Shown piece by piece: positions 45,820 to 55,847 of a stretch of 64,000 nt of DNA; the first letter of the stretch is position 1, and every line of letters starts with the position of its first letter. Below the pieces are notes generated by a model that made no database searches, had not been told where the DNA came from, and worked only from the letters and a program-made list of their open reading frames with translations. Made by a program: the position numbers and the translations under genes. Location: assembly GCA_964620475.1 (NCBI GenBank), contig CAZUJN010000001.1, forward strand, positions 4,651 to 68,650, read 5' to 3'. The stretch comes from an uncultured Candidatus Saccharibacteria bacterium (GTDB taxonomy: Bacteria > Patescibacteriota > Minisyncoccia > Phycocordibacterales > CAIZLB01).

Positions 45820-45925
45820 TTTTCTTTTTTTATTTAATTATACACAATACAGACTATTATGTCTGTGGATATCTTGATAACTGTATTATATGCATATAAC
45901 ACAAGGTTTTATTGTTTATAGATCA

Positions 45926-46082
45926 TGTGGATAATATTGTGGATATATGTGGATAAATAAGGTGTATAACTTTATATATGTGGATATATCTATATTAATT
46001 AACATTTTATACAGTATTTATACAAAGATATACAATATATATCAACATATTTATACATATATTATACACTTGATATCCACTT
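45926..46082. promoter_or_regulatory. oriC-like region: cluster of DnaA boxes (TGTGGATAA at 45926-45934 and 45948-45956; TGTGGATAt at 45938-45946 and ~45979-45987; aTATCCAC at ~46072-46080) with very AT-rich unwinding-element-like tract 45990-46070
   Basis: Exact matches to TTATCCACA consensus read on both strands, between dnaN and dnaA. Confidence 0.7.
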
Positions 46083-46097
46083 ATTTATACACAATTA

Positions 46098-47465
46098 TTA
46101 CATTCTTAACATTGATTTTATTTGACTTATTTCATCAAATAATGTCTGGTTTGAGGAAAGTTCATCCTTTATCTTTTCACAGGCATGCATGACTGTTGTA
46201 TGATCCCTACCCCCTAGTTTTTGACCTATATTTGATAATGAATAATTGAAATATTCTCTTAAAATATACATCAAAACCTGTCTAGGTTTAACAATCTCTT
46301 GTTTTCTGTTTTTTTCTATTAATAGTTTTTCATCTGTTTTATAAAAAGATGAAACTGCTTTAATTATATCTTTAAAAGAGGTATTTTCAGCTGTTTTTAC
46401 TATGTTTTTAGTCAGATTTTTAACTTCATCTAAAGAAAGTGTTCTACCTCTTATTTGAGATTGTATTGATATATTGTTTATTATACCTTCTATTTCTCTT
46501 ATACTACCATCTAACCCTTCAGCTAAATATTGTATAGTCTCTTGATCTAGTTTTGTATCACTTTGCTCTAGTTTTGACCTTATTATAGCTATTTTTGATT
46601 CAACATCTATTCTAGGTATATCTATGATCATACCTTGAGAAAACCTTGATTTTAAACGACTTTCTAGGTTTTGTAGATAATTTGGGTGTTGATCTGATGA
46701 AAAAATAATTTGTCTTTGATTATCATAAAGATGATTAAATAAATGAAATAATTCCTCCTGAGTTCTCTCTTTGTTTGATAAAAATTGTATATCATCCATT
46801 ATTAAAAGATCATATTTTTTATATTTTTCCTTAAAAACATTGGTTTTATTGTTTTGTAATGATGAAATATAGTCTGTTGTAAACCTCTCACTTGTTACAT
46901 AAAAAACCTTCTTATTAAGAGTGTTTTTATAATAATTACCAACAGCCTGCATAAGATGGGTTTTTCCTACCCCTGTACTACCATAGAAGAATAAAGGGTT
47001 GTAAAAACCAGGTTTTTTTATAATAGCTTGTGCCGAGGCATAAGCTAACTCATTAAAAGAACCAACAACAAAGGTATCAAATATGTATTTAGGGTTTAAA
47101 TTATCGTTTAAATCTATATAATTATCTTTTATAGGTAATTCATTCTTTTTATTATCATCTTTCTTGTTATCCCCTTCTTTTTCTTCGTTTTTTAATACTT
47201 TTTCTATTTTTGGAACAGATGGCAGTATAACAAATTCAACGTTTTTTATGTGTTCATTGTTTTTTCTTAAACTATTTAATATTTTTGTATAACATTTACT
47301 CTTAATCCAGTCTACAGCAAATGAGTTTTGAACCAAAACCTTAAAAACACCGTCTTCAAATGAGTCAACTTTGGTGTTTTTTAGCCAAGTATTATAACCA
47401 GATGGTGTAACAAAGGTTTTTATTTCCTCTAATGTTTTTTTCCAAATATTGTTATAAGCTTCCAT
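46098..47465 (-). CDS. dnaA: Chromosomal replication initiator DnaA
   Basis: AAA+ Walker A GSTGVGKTHL, LLIMDDIQFL, C-terminal DnaA-box binding domain (LGGRDHTTVMHACEKI). Confidence 0.95.
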   Translation of the reverse strand: MEAYNNIWKKTLEEIKTFVTPSGYNTWLKNTKVDSFEDGVFKVLVQNSFAVDWIKSKCYTKILNSLRKNNEHIKNVEFVILPSVPKIEKVLKNEEKEGDNKKDDNKKNELPIKDNYIDLNDNLNPKYIFDTFVVGSFNELAYASAQAIIKKPGFYNPLFFYGSTGVGKTHLMQAVGNYYKNTLNKKVFYVTSERFTTDYISSLQNNKTNVFKEKYKKYDLLIMDDIQFLSNKERTQEELFHLFNHLYDNQRQIIFSSDQHPNYLQNLESRLKSRFSQGMIIDIPRIDVESKIAIIRSKLEQSDTKLDQETIQYLAEGLDGSIREIEGIINNISIQSQIRGRTLSLDEVKNLTKNIVKTAENTSFKDIIKAVSSFYKTDEKLLIEKNRKQEIVKPRQVLMYILREYFNYSLSNIGQKLGGRDHTTVMHACEKIKDELSSNQTLFDEISQIKSMLRM

Positions 47466-47492
47466 GTGGATAAATTATATACCTGTGGATAA
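47465..47492. promoter_or_regulatory. Two DnaA boxes (TGTGGATAA at 47465-47473 and 47484-47492) in dnaA promoter/upstream region
   Basis: Exact 9-mers read from sequence. Confidence 0.65.
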
Positions 47493-47540
47493 CTTTTTTT
47501 ACCTTGTTTTTTTTATAAAATAATGTATATTGTTTATATT

Positions 47541-47693
47541 ATGTCAGTAACATATCAACCTAAAAAAAGAAAAAGAGCAAAAAAGCATGGTTTTCTATCT
47601 AGAACAAAAACACATGGCGGAAAGAGGGTTTTGCAAGCTAGAAGAAGAAAAGGTAGAAAAGATCTATCAAAAGTTGTAAAAAAAGTTAAATAA
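47541..47693 (+). CDS. rpmH: 50S ribosomal protein L34
   Basis: 50-aa [53 protein letters not shown], too short for the ORF track; canonical rpmH-rnpA order. Confidence 0.85.
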   Translation: MSVTYQPKKRKRAKKHGFLSRTKTHGGKRVLQARRRKGRKDLSKVVKKVK

Positions 47694-47728
47694 TTCAATA
47701 AAACCTTATAAAATAAGGATTTTAAGTT

Positions 47729-48007
47729 ATGTTATACTCAATAAAAACAATAAATCAGAAAGAAAAGTCTGGTTTTTTTGTTTATTTTGTGGCCAAAAAG
47801 AAGGTTTTTAAAACAGCTGTTTTAAGAAATAGAGCTAAAAGAATAGCAAGACATGGTTTTTATAAAGCAAAAAAAGACTTAATTTCAGACATTTTTCCTA
47901 ATAAACAGGTTATTTTCTTTCTAGAAAATGGTATTATTCAAGAGTCATTTGAAAATGTTGTAGAATCTTTTAAAAATGATTTATTAAAGATAATAAATAA
48001 AAAATAA
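47729..48007 (+). CDS. rnpA: Ribonuclease P protein component
   Basis: RNR motif AVLRNRAKRIARH; 92 aa; follows rpmH. Confidence 0.85.
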   Translation: MLYSIKTINQKEKSGFFVYFVAKKKVFKTAVLRNRAKRIARHGFYKAKKDLISDIFPNKQVIFFLENGIIQESFENVVESFKNDLLKIINKK

Positions 48008-48021
48008 ACTATAATTTATAT

Positions 48022-48756
48022 ATGTTCCACACATTATTTTATAAACCAATGTATAATGCATTGATTTTTATATTAGATATTTTACCTAACCACGATGTAG
48101 CTATTGCGGTAATAATTTTAACTGTTTTTATTAAAATTGTATTATTACCCCTTTCTCATAAAATGTTTAAAACACAAATATTACAAAGAAAGGTTCAACC
48201 TATAATATCTAAAATTCAAGAGGAATATAAAGATAATAGACAGATGCTTGGTATAAAATTATTAGAGGTTTATAAAGAACATAAACTAAACCCCTTCTCT
48301 TCTATATTGTTAATGTTAATACAAATACCTATAGTATTTGCTTTATATTTTGTTTTTTATAAAGGTGGTTTACCAAACATAAACACCATAGATCTATATA
48401 GTTTTACACCTTTTGTTAATAATGTTAACCATATATTATTTAATGTTGATTTTACAAAAGCAAATAGCTTTGTTGGATTGGTTGCTGCTTTGTTTCAATA
48501 TGCTCAAATACGTTTATCTCTTCAAAACATACAAACAACAGATAAACCTATTAATGAATTAAAACCTGAAGAAATAATGCAAAAACAAATGAGTTTTATG
48601 ATGAAGTGGTTTATACCGGTTTTGATCTTTATAGCCTCTTTAAAGGTTTCCGCAGCTGTAGCGTTGTATTGGATAGTCTCTTCTGTTTTTATGATAATAC
48701 AAGAATTATATTTTAGAAATAAATATAAAGAAGAGTTATTAAGCTTGAAGAAATAA
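48022..48756 (+). CDS. yidC: Membrane protein insertase YidC/Oxa1 (short form)
   Basis: 244 aa multi-TM protein immediately after rnpA; conserved synteny; hydrophilic-face TM pattern. Confidence 0.65.
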   Translation: MFHTLFYKPMYNALIFILDILPNHDVAIAVIILTVFIKIVLLPLSHKMFKTQILQRKVQPIISKIQEEYKDNRQMLGIKLLEVYKEHKLNPFSSILLMLIQIPIVFALYFVFYKGGLPNINTIDLYSFTPFVNNVNHILFNVDFTKANSFVGLVAALFQYAQIRLSLQNIQTTDKPINELKPEEIMQKQMSFMMKWFIPVLIFIASLKVSAAVALYWIVSSVFMIIQELYFRNKYKEELLSLKK

Positions 48757-48775
48757 TGAATTGTATCTAATAATA

Positions 48776-48812
48776 AAAATAAATCCATACTTTTTCGTAT
48801 GGATTTATTTTT
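48776..48812. terminator. Bidirectional terminator (aaatccatac-ttttc-gtatggattt)
   Basis: 10-bp perfect stem with T-runs, between convergent yidC and 48817..50130(-). Confidence 0.65.
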
Positions 48813-48816
48813 GGAA

Positions 48817-50130
48817 TTAGATTTCGTATTTCCACAAACTTAAAGAGTTTTTATCTTGAAACAATAAGTATTTGTTTGTATTTGATATTTTAATTTTATA
48901 TATATCTATGGAATTACTTACCATGTCTTGTAATGGAATTATTAATTTAAACTCACCGTTTACTGGATTTATTGACCAGATATTATCTGTAAATTCTATA
49001 TTATTTTTATACCAAGCCTCTGGGTAAGGTGCTTGATATAGTTTTTGTGGTATACCACAGAAAATAAGTTTAGAGTCGTTTGACCAAACACATTTATCTA
49101 CTATTGTTGCCTGTGATAAATATGTGTTTGTTTTTGATTTTATATCATAAATAAACGTTTCCAATGTGTTATTTATTATTTCATTATATATAACCTTTTT
49201 ACCATCAGGAGATACTAATGTATTAAATCCATACTTCTCACCTATTATATAAGTGTTTTTACCTTTACCATCAGGGTTTAAAAAGAATAAATACCCAGGA
49301 AAATAAGCACTTGGTTTTGTTGTTAAAGCTATTGTTGTTTTGTTTACATATTGAGATAACCACTCTGATAATACAGTATTTAATACATTTGTTCTTACTC
49401 CACCATCAAAACTAGATAATACACCTGTACCGGTATTATTTATAAAATAAAACAACCTTTTTGTTTCTTTTGATAAAGATAAGTTTGATGAACTTATATT
49501 AATATTACCCACATTTGCATTATATAAAGTTGAGGTTGCTGTATCTTTTATTAGTTTTAAATATGTTGTTGATATTGTCTCGTTGTCATCAGAAACCTTT
49601 CTGATTATTGCTGATATATTGTCTATAAACAAAACTTCTTCTGCCCCTATGAGTGTGAAGTAGGATAGCTTGTTTAAATCTGTTGTAGAGGCCAAATTTT
49701 CGTAAATATTACCTGTTTTCCTATCCCATAAGTATATGAATTCTTGATTCTTATAAATTTTTTTGTTTTTTATAGCCTGAATTACACTTGTTGTGGAATT
49801 ATTTGTGGAGGTAGCGACTTCTTCTATATCTTTATAAACAAAATCAAAACCACTAACAGGTTCTTTCCATATTTGTACTAATTTAGTTTTTGTTGTGTTA
49901 GTTGTTGGATTTTCTACAGATTTTTCATCACCTTCTTGTACATCATTTGACTGTGTTGATGTTGAGACTCTGGTTTGAAAAGGTGTTCTTGTTGGGTTTG
50001 TGTTTGTAACAGTGTTGTAATCAGATAAGTCACCTTGTGACACTTTATAGAATTTATATCCAAAATAAACTCCAAGACCAAATATGATTATAATTAATAT
50101 TATTATTGTTTTTTTGATTATATTTTGCAT
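48817..50130 (-). CDS. Membrane-anchored (N-terminal TM) beta-propeller-like protein (TolB-like PDGK repeats); last gene of the T4SS-like locus
   Basis: 437 aa; N-terminal TM IIILIIIIFGLGVYFGY; repeated ...PDGKxxxY... motifs. Confidence 0.4.
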   Translation of the reverse strand: MQNIIKKTIIILIIIIFGLGVYFGYKFYKVSQGDLSDYNTVTNTNPTRTPFQTRVSTSTQSNDVQEGDEKSVENPTTNTTKTKLVQIWKEPVSGFDFVYKDIEEVATSTNNSTTSVIQAIKNKKIYKNQEFIYLWDRKTGNIYENLASTTDLNKLSYFTLIGAEEVLFIDNISAIIRKVSDDNETISTTYLKLIKDTATSTLYNANVGNINISSSNLSLSKETKRLFYFINNTGTGVLSSFDGGVRTNVLNTVLSEWLSQYVNKTTIALTTKPSAYFPGYLFFLNPDGKGKNTYIIGEKYGFNTLVSPDGKKVIYNEIINNTLETFIYDIKSKTNTYLSQATIVDKCVWSNDSKLIFCGIPQKLYQAPYPEAWYKNNIEFTDNIWSINPVNGEFKLIIPLQDMVSNSIDIYKIKISNTNKYLLFQDKNSLSLWKYEI

Positions 50131-50147
50131 TTTATGTTTTTATTATA

Positions 50148-51341
50148 TTATGGATTTGAAATCTGCGCCCTTGCGGTTCCAAATGTTATATTCCATTGAC
50201 CGGCCGGTATGTTCTTTAAGACACTATTACTACCTATTGTTCCGTTTTCATCGTATATGTCTATTGTATTTGCAAACATTATTCCGTTATAAGAAGAGGC
50301 TGTTGCGTCTTCATAAAAACCAACACATGTTCCGTTTATAAAAACAGCTTGACCTGTTGATGGTCTGTATTTTGATATTAAATCAGGTGAAAGAGCTACT
50401 GAACCTTCTCTTAATAAATTATTTGCATTACCTCTTCTTTGTGCTGTGTTTGAATCCGTAATCGAATCTTTTGTTGCACTATACACAGTAACAACAAGTC
50501 TACCATCTGTTGATCTTACTCCGTTTGGTAAGCTTCTTATAAAATTTTCAGCACCAGATTCGGTCCAGCCAAAAACTGAGTTAAACATTGGGTTGTCTGT
50601 AGGGTTTCCTGTGTAAGGTATATTAGGTATTCCGTTGTTTGGAAAACTCCACCCAGGATTTTGATTTAAAACAGCATCTATACCACTAATGTTCCCTACC
50701 CAACTTGATGTTGCTACTGTTAAAACCTGATTTATACCTTTTTGTATTGATTTATCTACATCTATCTCAGATGGATTAAAATCAAACTCAACAAGCTTTT
50801 TATTAACTGTATACAATATTGTGTATGACAACAGACCTAAACCTAAAGCAATGAAACTGTTTGTTAATCTCTTCTTGGCCGCACCTTTTTTACCTACAGC
50901 TTCCTCTGTCATGTATTGTATACCTGATACAGCTATACTTATTACTGTTAACATTATTATTACAGTTATACCAACAGTAAAAAGCATTTTAACTATATCT
51001 TCTGTAGCGTTTGATACATTAACACAGGTTACATTTGGATTCTGTTTACTTTTTGTTAAAGATGAACCTATACCAGGAAAAGAGGTGTCTATACCTGAAA
51101 AAGGTTGATATTGCTTATCTTTTACATAATTACAATCTTTAGATGTAAACAACATTTGAACCAAAGTTTTTTGTTGTTCTGGTGCTGTTGGTGTTATGGA
51201 TGATCCTGGTGTTGTGGCAGGTTGAAGATTTGCAACACCACCTGGAATATTGGTGTTTGTTGGAAGATTAACAGCCGCTGAAACAGATATTGTTGTTAAA
51301 AATATTAGTATATATACTAGAGTGAATAATTTTTTATTCAT
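50148..51341 (-). CDS. Cell-wall hydrolase paralogue A: shared N-terminal module (signal peptide + two TM helices) + C-terminal 3D/MltA-like (Asp-rich double-psi beta-barrel) domain
   Basis: N-terminal 233 aa identical to next gene; C-terminal VALSPDLISKYRPSTGQAVFINGTCVGFYEDATASSYNGIMFANTIDIYDENG resembles 3D-domain motif. Confidence 0.55.
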   Translation of the reverse strand: MNKKLFTLVYILIFLTTISVSAAVNLPTNTNIPGGVANLQPATTPGSSITPTAPEQQKTLVQMLFTSKDCNYVKDKQYQPFSGIDTSFPGIGSSLTKSKQNPNVTCVNVSNATEDIVKMLFTVGITVIIMLTVISIAVSGIQYMTEEAVGKKGAAKKRLTNSFIALGLGLLSYTILYTVNKKLVEFDFNPSEIDVDKSIQKGINQVLTVATSSWVGNISGIDAVLNQNPGWSFPNNGIPNIPYTGNPTDNPMFNSVFGWTESGAENFIRSLPNGVRSTDGRLVVTVYSATKDSITDSNTAQRRGNANNLLREGSVALSPDLISKYRPSTGQAVFINGTCVGFYEDATASSYNGIMFANTIDIYDENGTIGSNSVLKNIPAGQWNITFGTARAQISNP

Positions 51342-51342
51342 A
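50641..51342. repeat. Copy 1 of ~702-bp direct repeat (identical 5' gene module)
   Basis: Identical translations in two frames (main ORF and shadow ORFs 50821..51108 / 52109..52396) imply nucleotide identity. Confidence 0.85.
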
Positions 51343-51378
51343 TCTAGATTATATCAAATTATTATGAGAGTTTGTATT

Positions 51379-52629
51379 TTATACTTTCTGACAAGATCTA
51401 TAAACATAAGTTTGTAGTCTCTTTTGTAGGTTATAATAACTAAACCACGATTGTGGTGTGAAGTGATCATCAACCATAGCCTGAGATGAACTGTTTGAAA
51501 CTATTTTACCTGTGCTTGTGTATATACCAACATGACCATGATTTGTTCCAACTGTTGGTGAGATTATTATATCTCCTGGTGTTGCTGCTGAAGGGTCTTG
51601 GCTCACCATACAAAAATAAATACTTGATGATAATGCATTGTTCATATCTATGGTGCTTTTTCCGTATGTATCCTCATCTCTTGTTATTGGCATACCCAAA
51701 GCTTTGTTTATAATATCATTCACAACAAAAGCACAAGCTAAAGCGCCACCAGATGTACCAGTATAATTACATGTCTTTGTACCAAGCATGTCTAAGGCCT
51801 CTTGATTTATTCTTTGGGCTGCCAATGTGTTTATTGATCCAGAACCAAAACCTGCTGTTGGTATTCCTCCTGAAAATGGATTGTTCGGGTTGGTTATTGA
51901 ACCTGGTGTTGTCGGTAAACCTCCTGAAGGAAAACTCCACCCAGGATTTTGATTTAAAACAGCATCTATACCACTAATGTTCCCTACCCAACTTGATGTT
52001 GCTACTGTTAAAACCTGATTTATACCTTTTTGTATTGATTTATCTACATCTATCTCAGATGGATTAAAATCAAACTCAACAAGCTTTTTATTAACTGTAT
52101 ACAATATTGTGTATGACAACAGACCTAAACCTAAAGCAATGAAACTGTTTGTTAATCTCTTCTTGGCCGCACCTTTTTTACCTACAGCTTCCTCTGTCAT
52201 GTATTGTATACCTGATACAGCTATACTTATTACTGTTAACATTATTATTACAGTTATACCAACAGTAAAAAGCATTTTAACTATATCTTCTGTAGCGTTT
52301 GATACATTAACACAGGTTACATTTGGATTCTGTTTACTTTTTGTTAAAGATGAACCTATACCAGGAAAAGAGGTGTCTATACCTGAAAAAGGTTGATATT
52401 GCTTATCTTTTACATAATTACAATCTTTAGATGTAAACAACATTTGAACCAAAGTTTTTTGTTGTTCTGGTGCTGTTGGTGTTATGGATGATCCTGGTGT
52501 TGTGGCAGGTTGAAGATTTGCAACACCACCTGGAATATTGGTGTTTGTTGGAAGATTAACAGCCGCTGAAACAGATATTGTTGTTAAAAATATTAGTATA
52601 TATACTAGAGTGAATAATTTTTTATTCAT
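51379..52629 (-). CDS. Cell-wall hydrolase paralogue B: shared N-terminal module + C-terminal CHAP (Cys/His-dependent amidohydrolase/peptidase) domain; VirB1/PrgK-like function inferred
   Basis: C-terminal TGTSGGALACAFVV...GDIIIS...GHVGIYTSTG is a CHAP-domain pattern (catalytic Cys then His). Confidence 0.6.
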   Translation of the reverse strand: MNKKLFTLVYILIFLTTISVSAAVNLPTNTNIPGGVANLQPATTPGSSITPTAPEQQKTLVQMLFTSKDCNYVKDKQYQPFSGIDTSFPGIGSSLTKSKQNPNVTCVNVSNATEDIVKMLFTVGITVIIMLTVISIAVSGIQYMTEEAVGKKGAAKKRLTNSFIALGLGLLSYTILYTVNKKLVEFDFNPSEIDVDKSIQKGINQVLTVATSSWVGNISGIDAVLNQNPGWSFPSGGLPTTPGSITNPNNPFSGGIPTAGFGSGSINTLAAQRINQEALDMLGTKTCNYTGTSGGALACAFVVNDIINKALGMPITRDEDTYGKSTIDMNNALSSSIYFCMVSQDPSAATPGDIIISPTVGTNHGHVGIYTSTGKIVSNSSSQAMVDDHFTPQSWFSYYNLQKRLQTYVYRSCQKV

Positions 52630-52630
52630 A
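51929..52630. repeat. Copy 2 of ~702-bp direct repeat
   Basis: See copy 1; 586-bp unique spacer between copies. Confidence 0.85.
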
Positions 52631-52633
52631 TTC

Positions 52634-53635
52634 TTATTTGTTTGTGTCTATGATATACAATATGTCTTTTGATTGTAGTATTGAGTTTTGGTTTTTTATT
52701 TTTATAGAAAGTTTAGATAATTCATCATCCTTCTTTTTTCTAAAAGATAACTCATTTGATGAATTTTTTATTTGTACATCATTTATATACCAACTATATA
52801 TTGTTGCTAAAGTTGAGTTTATTCCATAATAGAATGGATATGATACTATGGTTGCTTCGTTTTTACTTAATCTAAATTGAGGCTTGATTGTTTTGTTGAA
52901 TAATATTCCTAATAAAGGACTTTTTTCATAACTAATAATTTCTGTATCTAATGTTGGTATTCTTAATATAGCCTCATTGTTGTATGTTTTTGTTACAGTA
53001 TCTTTGTATGAATTTAATGCTGAAACAACCACACTAAATAAAGGCTCTTTTTTTAAGATATCACCTTTGTATGAAAAAGATGAATAACCAGCACCCGAAA
53101 CACTTCCTTTAACAACACCATCAACGCTCCACTTATAATTATTATATGTGTTTGTTAAAGGATTTTCTTGATCAAGGTTTATGGCATTTAGAATAATAGA
53201 TGATTCTGGTGTATACATTGATTTTCCTTTATAAAAAGGTGGTGTATAAGTTCTTGATTCCCATATTAATATAATTTTTTTAGGATCAAATACGAATTGT
53301 TTTTGTATTTTTGAACCATAATTTGTTGTAATCTCTAAATCAACCGTACTTTTTTTATCCAACACAAAATTTATTTTATTTAAACCCACACCAGATTTAA
53401 ATGATTTGTTGTTGATTTTCCAATCAAAAGCGGAATCAGAAATATTTGTACCATACATTTCTGCTGATATTGTGATTGTGTCACCTATGTTTGGTCTTTC
53501 TGGGTAAATATTAAAATATGTTTTCTCTTCTAATTCTGAAAAGTTTTCGGGCCCTGTTGCAGCATATGTATTTGAGGTTAAAAAATAGAAAAAAACTATT
53601 ATAAATATAAGTATAGATTTATAATTTAAATTCAT
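52634..53635 (-). CDS. Secreted hypothetical protein of the T4SS-like locus
   Basis: 333 aa; signal peptide SILIFIIVFFYFLTSNTYA; beta-rich. Confidence 0.4.
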   Translation of the reverse strand: MNLNYKSILIFIIVFFYFLTSNTYAATGPENFSELEEKTYFNIYPERPNIGDTITISAEMYGTNISDSAFDWKINNKSFKSGVGLNKINFVLDKKSTVDLEITTNYGSKIQKQFVFDPKKIILIWESRTYTPPFYKGKSMYTPESSIILNAINLDQENPLTNTYNNYKWSVDGVVKGSVSGAGYSSFSYKGDILKKEPLFSVVVSALNSYKDTVTKTYNNEAILRIPTLDTEIISYEKSPLLGILFNKTIKPQFRLSKNEATIVSYPFYYGINSTLATIYSWYINDVQIKNSSNELSFRKKKDDELSKLSIKIKNQNSILQSKDILYIIDTNK

Positions 53636-53654
53636 AAATTAATTATAACAGACT

Positions 53655-54029
53655 TTAATCTGAATAATAAGTAAAAAACACATTTGCTGTTATACAAGGT
53701 AGATTTCCTATAACTGGTATACCCTCCCCTAATGCAGTAAACGCCATTGATGTTATTTTTGTTAAATCACTAACTTTTAAAATACCAGAAAAAGCAAACC
53801 AAGGTATAAAAATTACTAAACTTAATATAGAGAATGCTATACCAACACCCGGAATCTCACTTAAAAAGAAACTAAACAAATCTAAAACAACAGCAACTAA
53901 AACCATACATATAAAATTTAATGTCACCCCTTTTTTTAAAAGGTTTTGACCTGCATTTACTGCTTGGGTTGCTTTGTTTGCTGGGTTTAATCTCTCTACC
54001 CTGCTTGGTGTTGCTAATTGTGTAGCCAT
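53655..54029 (-). CDS. Small membrane protein with two hydrophobic helices (VirB2/VirB3-like candidate)
   Basis: 124 aa; overlaps VirB4 stop by 16 nt; no motif. Confidence 0.35.
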   Translation of the reverse strand: MATQLATPSRVERLNPANKATQAVNAGQNLLKKGVTLNFICMVLVAVVLDLFSFFLSEIPGVGIAFSILSLVIFIPWFAFSGILKVSDLTKITSMAFTALGEGIPVIGNLPCITANVFFTYYSD

Positions 54030-55837
54030 TCTTTATTTTTGTCTTTATTAGCATTAGCTAATAATTCTTCTGGGTTAGATGTAATAATGTCATGTTCTGT
54101 TCCTGATGATACAACTTTTAATGCGACGTGTTTTTGACCGGCGAAGAATATACCCTCTCCAACCCCGGACTCCAATAATAAATATTTTTCCTCATCTGTA
54201 AGATTGAATGTCTTTTGAACCATATCTATGGATGAAGGTGATTGTTTTAAAAGAAATTGCATAGATGAGTTTGTTATGATTGGTAGACCATAAGGAGATC
54301 TCAAGAAATCTTCAACATCTTGGGTTATTGTTGAAATACCTAAATAGTATTTACGACCTCTTTTTGCCAATCCAAACAAGAACGAGGCTGTATCTTCAGA
54401 TTTCATCATATACCATGCCTCATCAACAACCAAAAGCCTCTTTTTCAACTCTTTTCTAACAAGATTCCATATGTGATGCATAACTATATACATAGCCACA
54501 GGTTTTAATTCTTCTTCCATATCTCTAAGTGAAAAAACCACAAGCTTTTTGTTTATGTCTAGGTTAGATGGTTTATTTATAAAGCCAGACCAAGTACCTT
54601 TTGTATATTTTGTAAGCCTTTGTACAAGCGACTCTCCTCCCTCCATACCAGCTAATACAAGTTCAAAATCAGACATAAGCGGTGGTTCTATTGCAGCAAA
54701 ATTTGATTCTGGGGTTATGTCTTTAAGTGCATATGTTTCTGTTATTGCTCTATCTATAACAGAATCCTCTTCTGGTGTAAGTCCTCCAAGCATAAGCCTA
54801 AACAACCCTACTAGATTTACTATATGTGATCTTAAAACATCTGCTGGAGACTCATCTTCTCTTGGTACAGGAAGATCGAACGGGTTGATGTGGTTTTCTG
54901 AAGTAAGTGATATGTTAAAATATCTACCACCAAGTGTTTCGGTCATTCTCTCATATTCTCTTTCGGGGTCTAGAACTATAACATCAACATCAAACATTAA
55001 AGATCTCAATATTTCTAATTTTGTTGCGTATGATTTACCTGAACCAGACTTTGCAAAAGTTACTGAGTTGTAGTTTTCAAGCGAAAATCGATCAAATAAC
55101 ACTAAACCGTTGTTGTGTCTGTTTAAACCATATAAAATACCTTTATCTGATGTTAAATCAAAAGATATAAAAGGAAATATACTTGATAATGGTGCAGAAT
55201 TTAGTTTTGAATGCACAGCCATCTCATCAGTTGCTACAGGTATAGTTGTTTTGAAACCTTGTTCTTGTTGAAATAGTGATGGTTTTATAAATACAAGTGA
55301 AGCCTCAAGTGTTGATTTTATTTCTGATTCAACTTTGTTTAATTCTTCTTCGCTATCACCGTATACTGATATATATATTCCCACATCAAATATTTTCTCT
55401 TGTGCTTGTTGTAAATTATCACGCAGCTGCTCTAAGTTTTGATAAGATGCATCAAGTTGAGGGTCACGAACCAAACCTTTTTCCTCTCTATCGTTTATTT
55501 GACTTTGAACTTCTGCAACTTTCTTTTTGAATTCGTTTAATATAACTGATGTATCTATAGGGTGTACAAATATAGAAACATCAAAAGCTTTATCTAGATT
55601 TATTATAGGAGAAAACCAAGAGTCTGAAAGGTATTTTGGGTATGACATGACGAAGAAGCTTCTAACTAGCTTCTCCCCTAAATTAAGGGTCTTGGGACTT
55701 ATTTTTAGTGCAGAGGGTGCGATAATGTCTTTTAATTCTAATACCGCAGATCTATAAATATCTTTCGGTAATATAGAAGTTATTTGTTGAGTTTTGTTTG
55801 TGTTGTTTTTTGGTTTTAAAAAATCTAGAAATCCCAT
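54014..55837 (-). CDS. VirB4/TrbE/PrgJ-family type IV secretion ATPase
   Basis: Walker A FAKSGSGKSYAT, Walker B LLVVDEAW, length 607 aa typical of Gram-positive VirB4. Confidence 0.85.
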   Translation of the reverse strand: MGFLDFLKPKNNTNKTQQITSILPKDIYRSAVLELKDIIAPSALKISPKTLNLGEKLVRSFFVMSYPKYLSDSWFSPIINLDKAFDVSIFVHPIDTSVILNEFKKKVAEVQSQINDREEKGLVRDPQLDASYQNLEQLRDNLQQAQEKIFDVGIYISVYGDSEEELNKVESEIKSTLEASLVFIKPSLFQQEQGFKTTIPVATDEMAVHSKLNSAPLSSIFPFISFDLTSDKGILYGLNRHNNGLVLFDRFSLENYNSVTFAKSGSGKSYATKLEILRSLMFDVDVIVLDPEREYERMTETLGGRYFNISLTSENHINPFDLPVPREDESPADVLRSHIVNLVGLFRLMLGGLTPEEDSVIDRAITETYALKDITPESNFAAIEPPLMSDFELVLAGMEGGESLVQRLTKYTKGTWSGFINKPSNLDINKKLVVFSLRDMEEELKPVAMYIVMHHIWNLVRKELKKRLLVVDEAWYMMKSEDTASFLFGLAKRGRKYYLGISTITQDVEDFLRSPYGLPIITNSSMQFLLKQSPSSIDMVQKTFNLTDEEKYLLLESGVGEGIFFAGQKHVALKVVSSGTEHDIITSNPEELLANANKDKNKEWLHN

Positions 55838-55847
55838 AATGTATATA

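Noticed and set aside
50821-51108. Two identical 95-aa plus-strand ORFs (also 52109..52396)
   Set aside because: Antisense shadow ORFs inside the duplicated gene module; useful only as evidence that the two copies are identical at nucleotide level.
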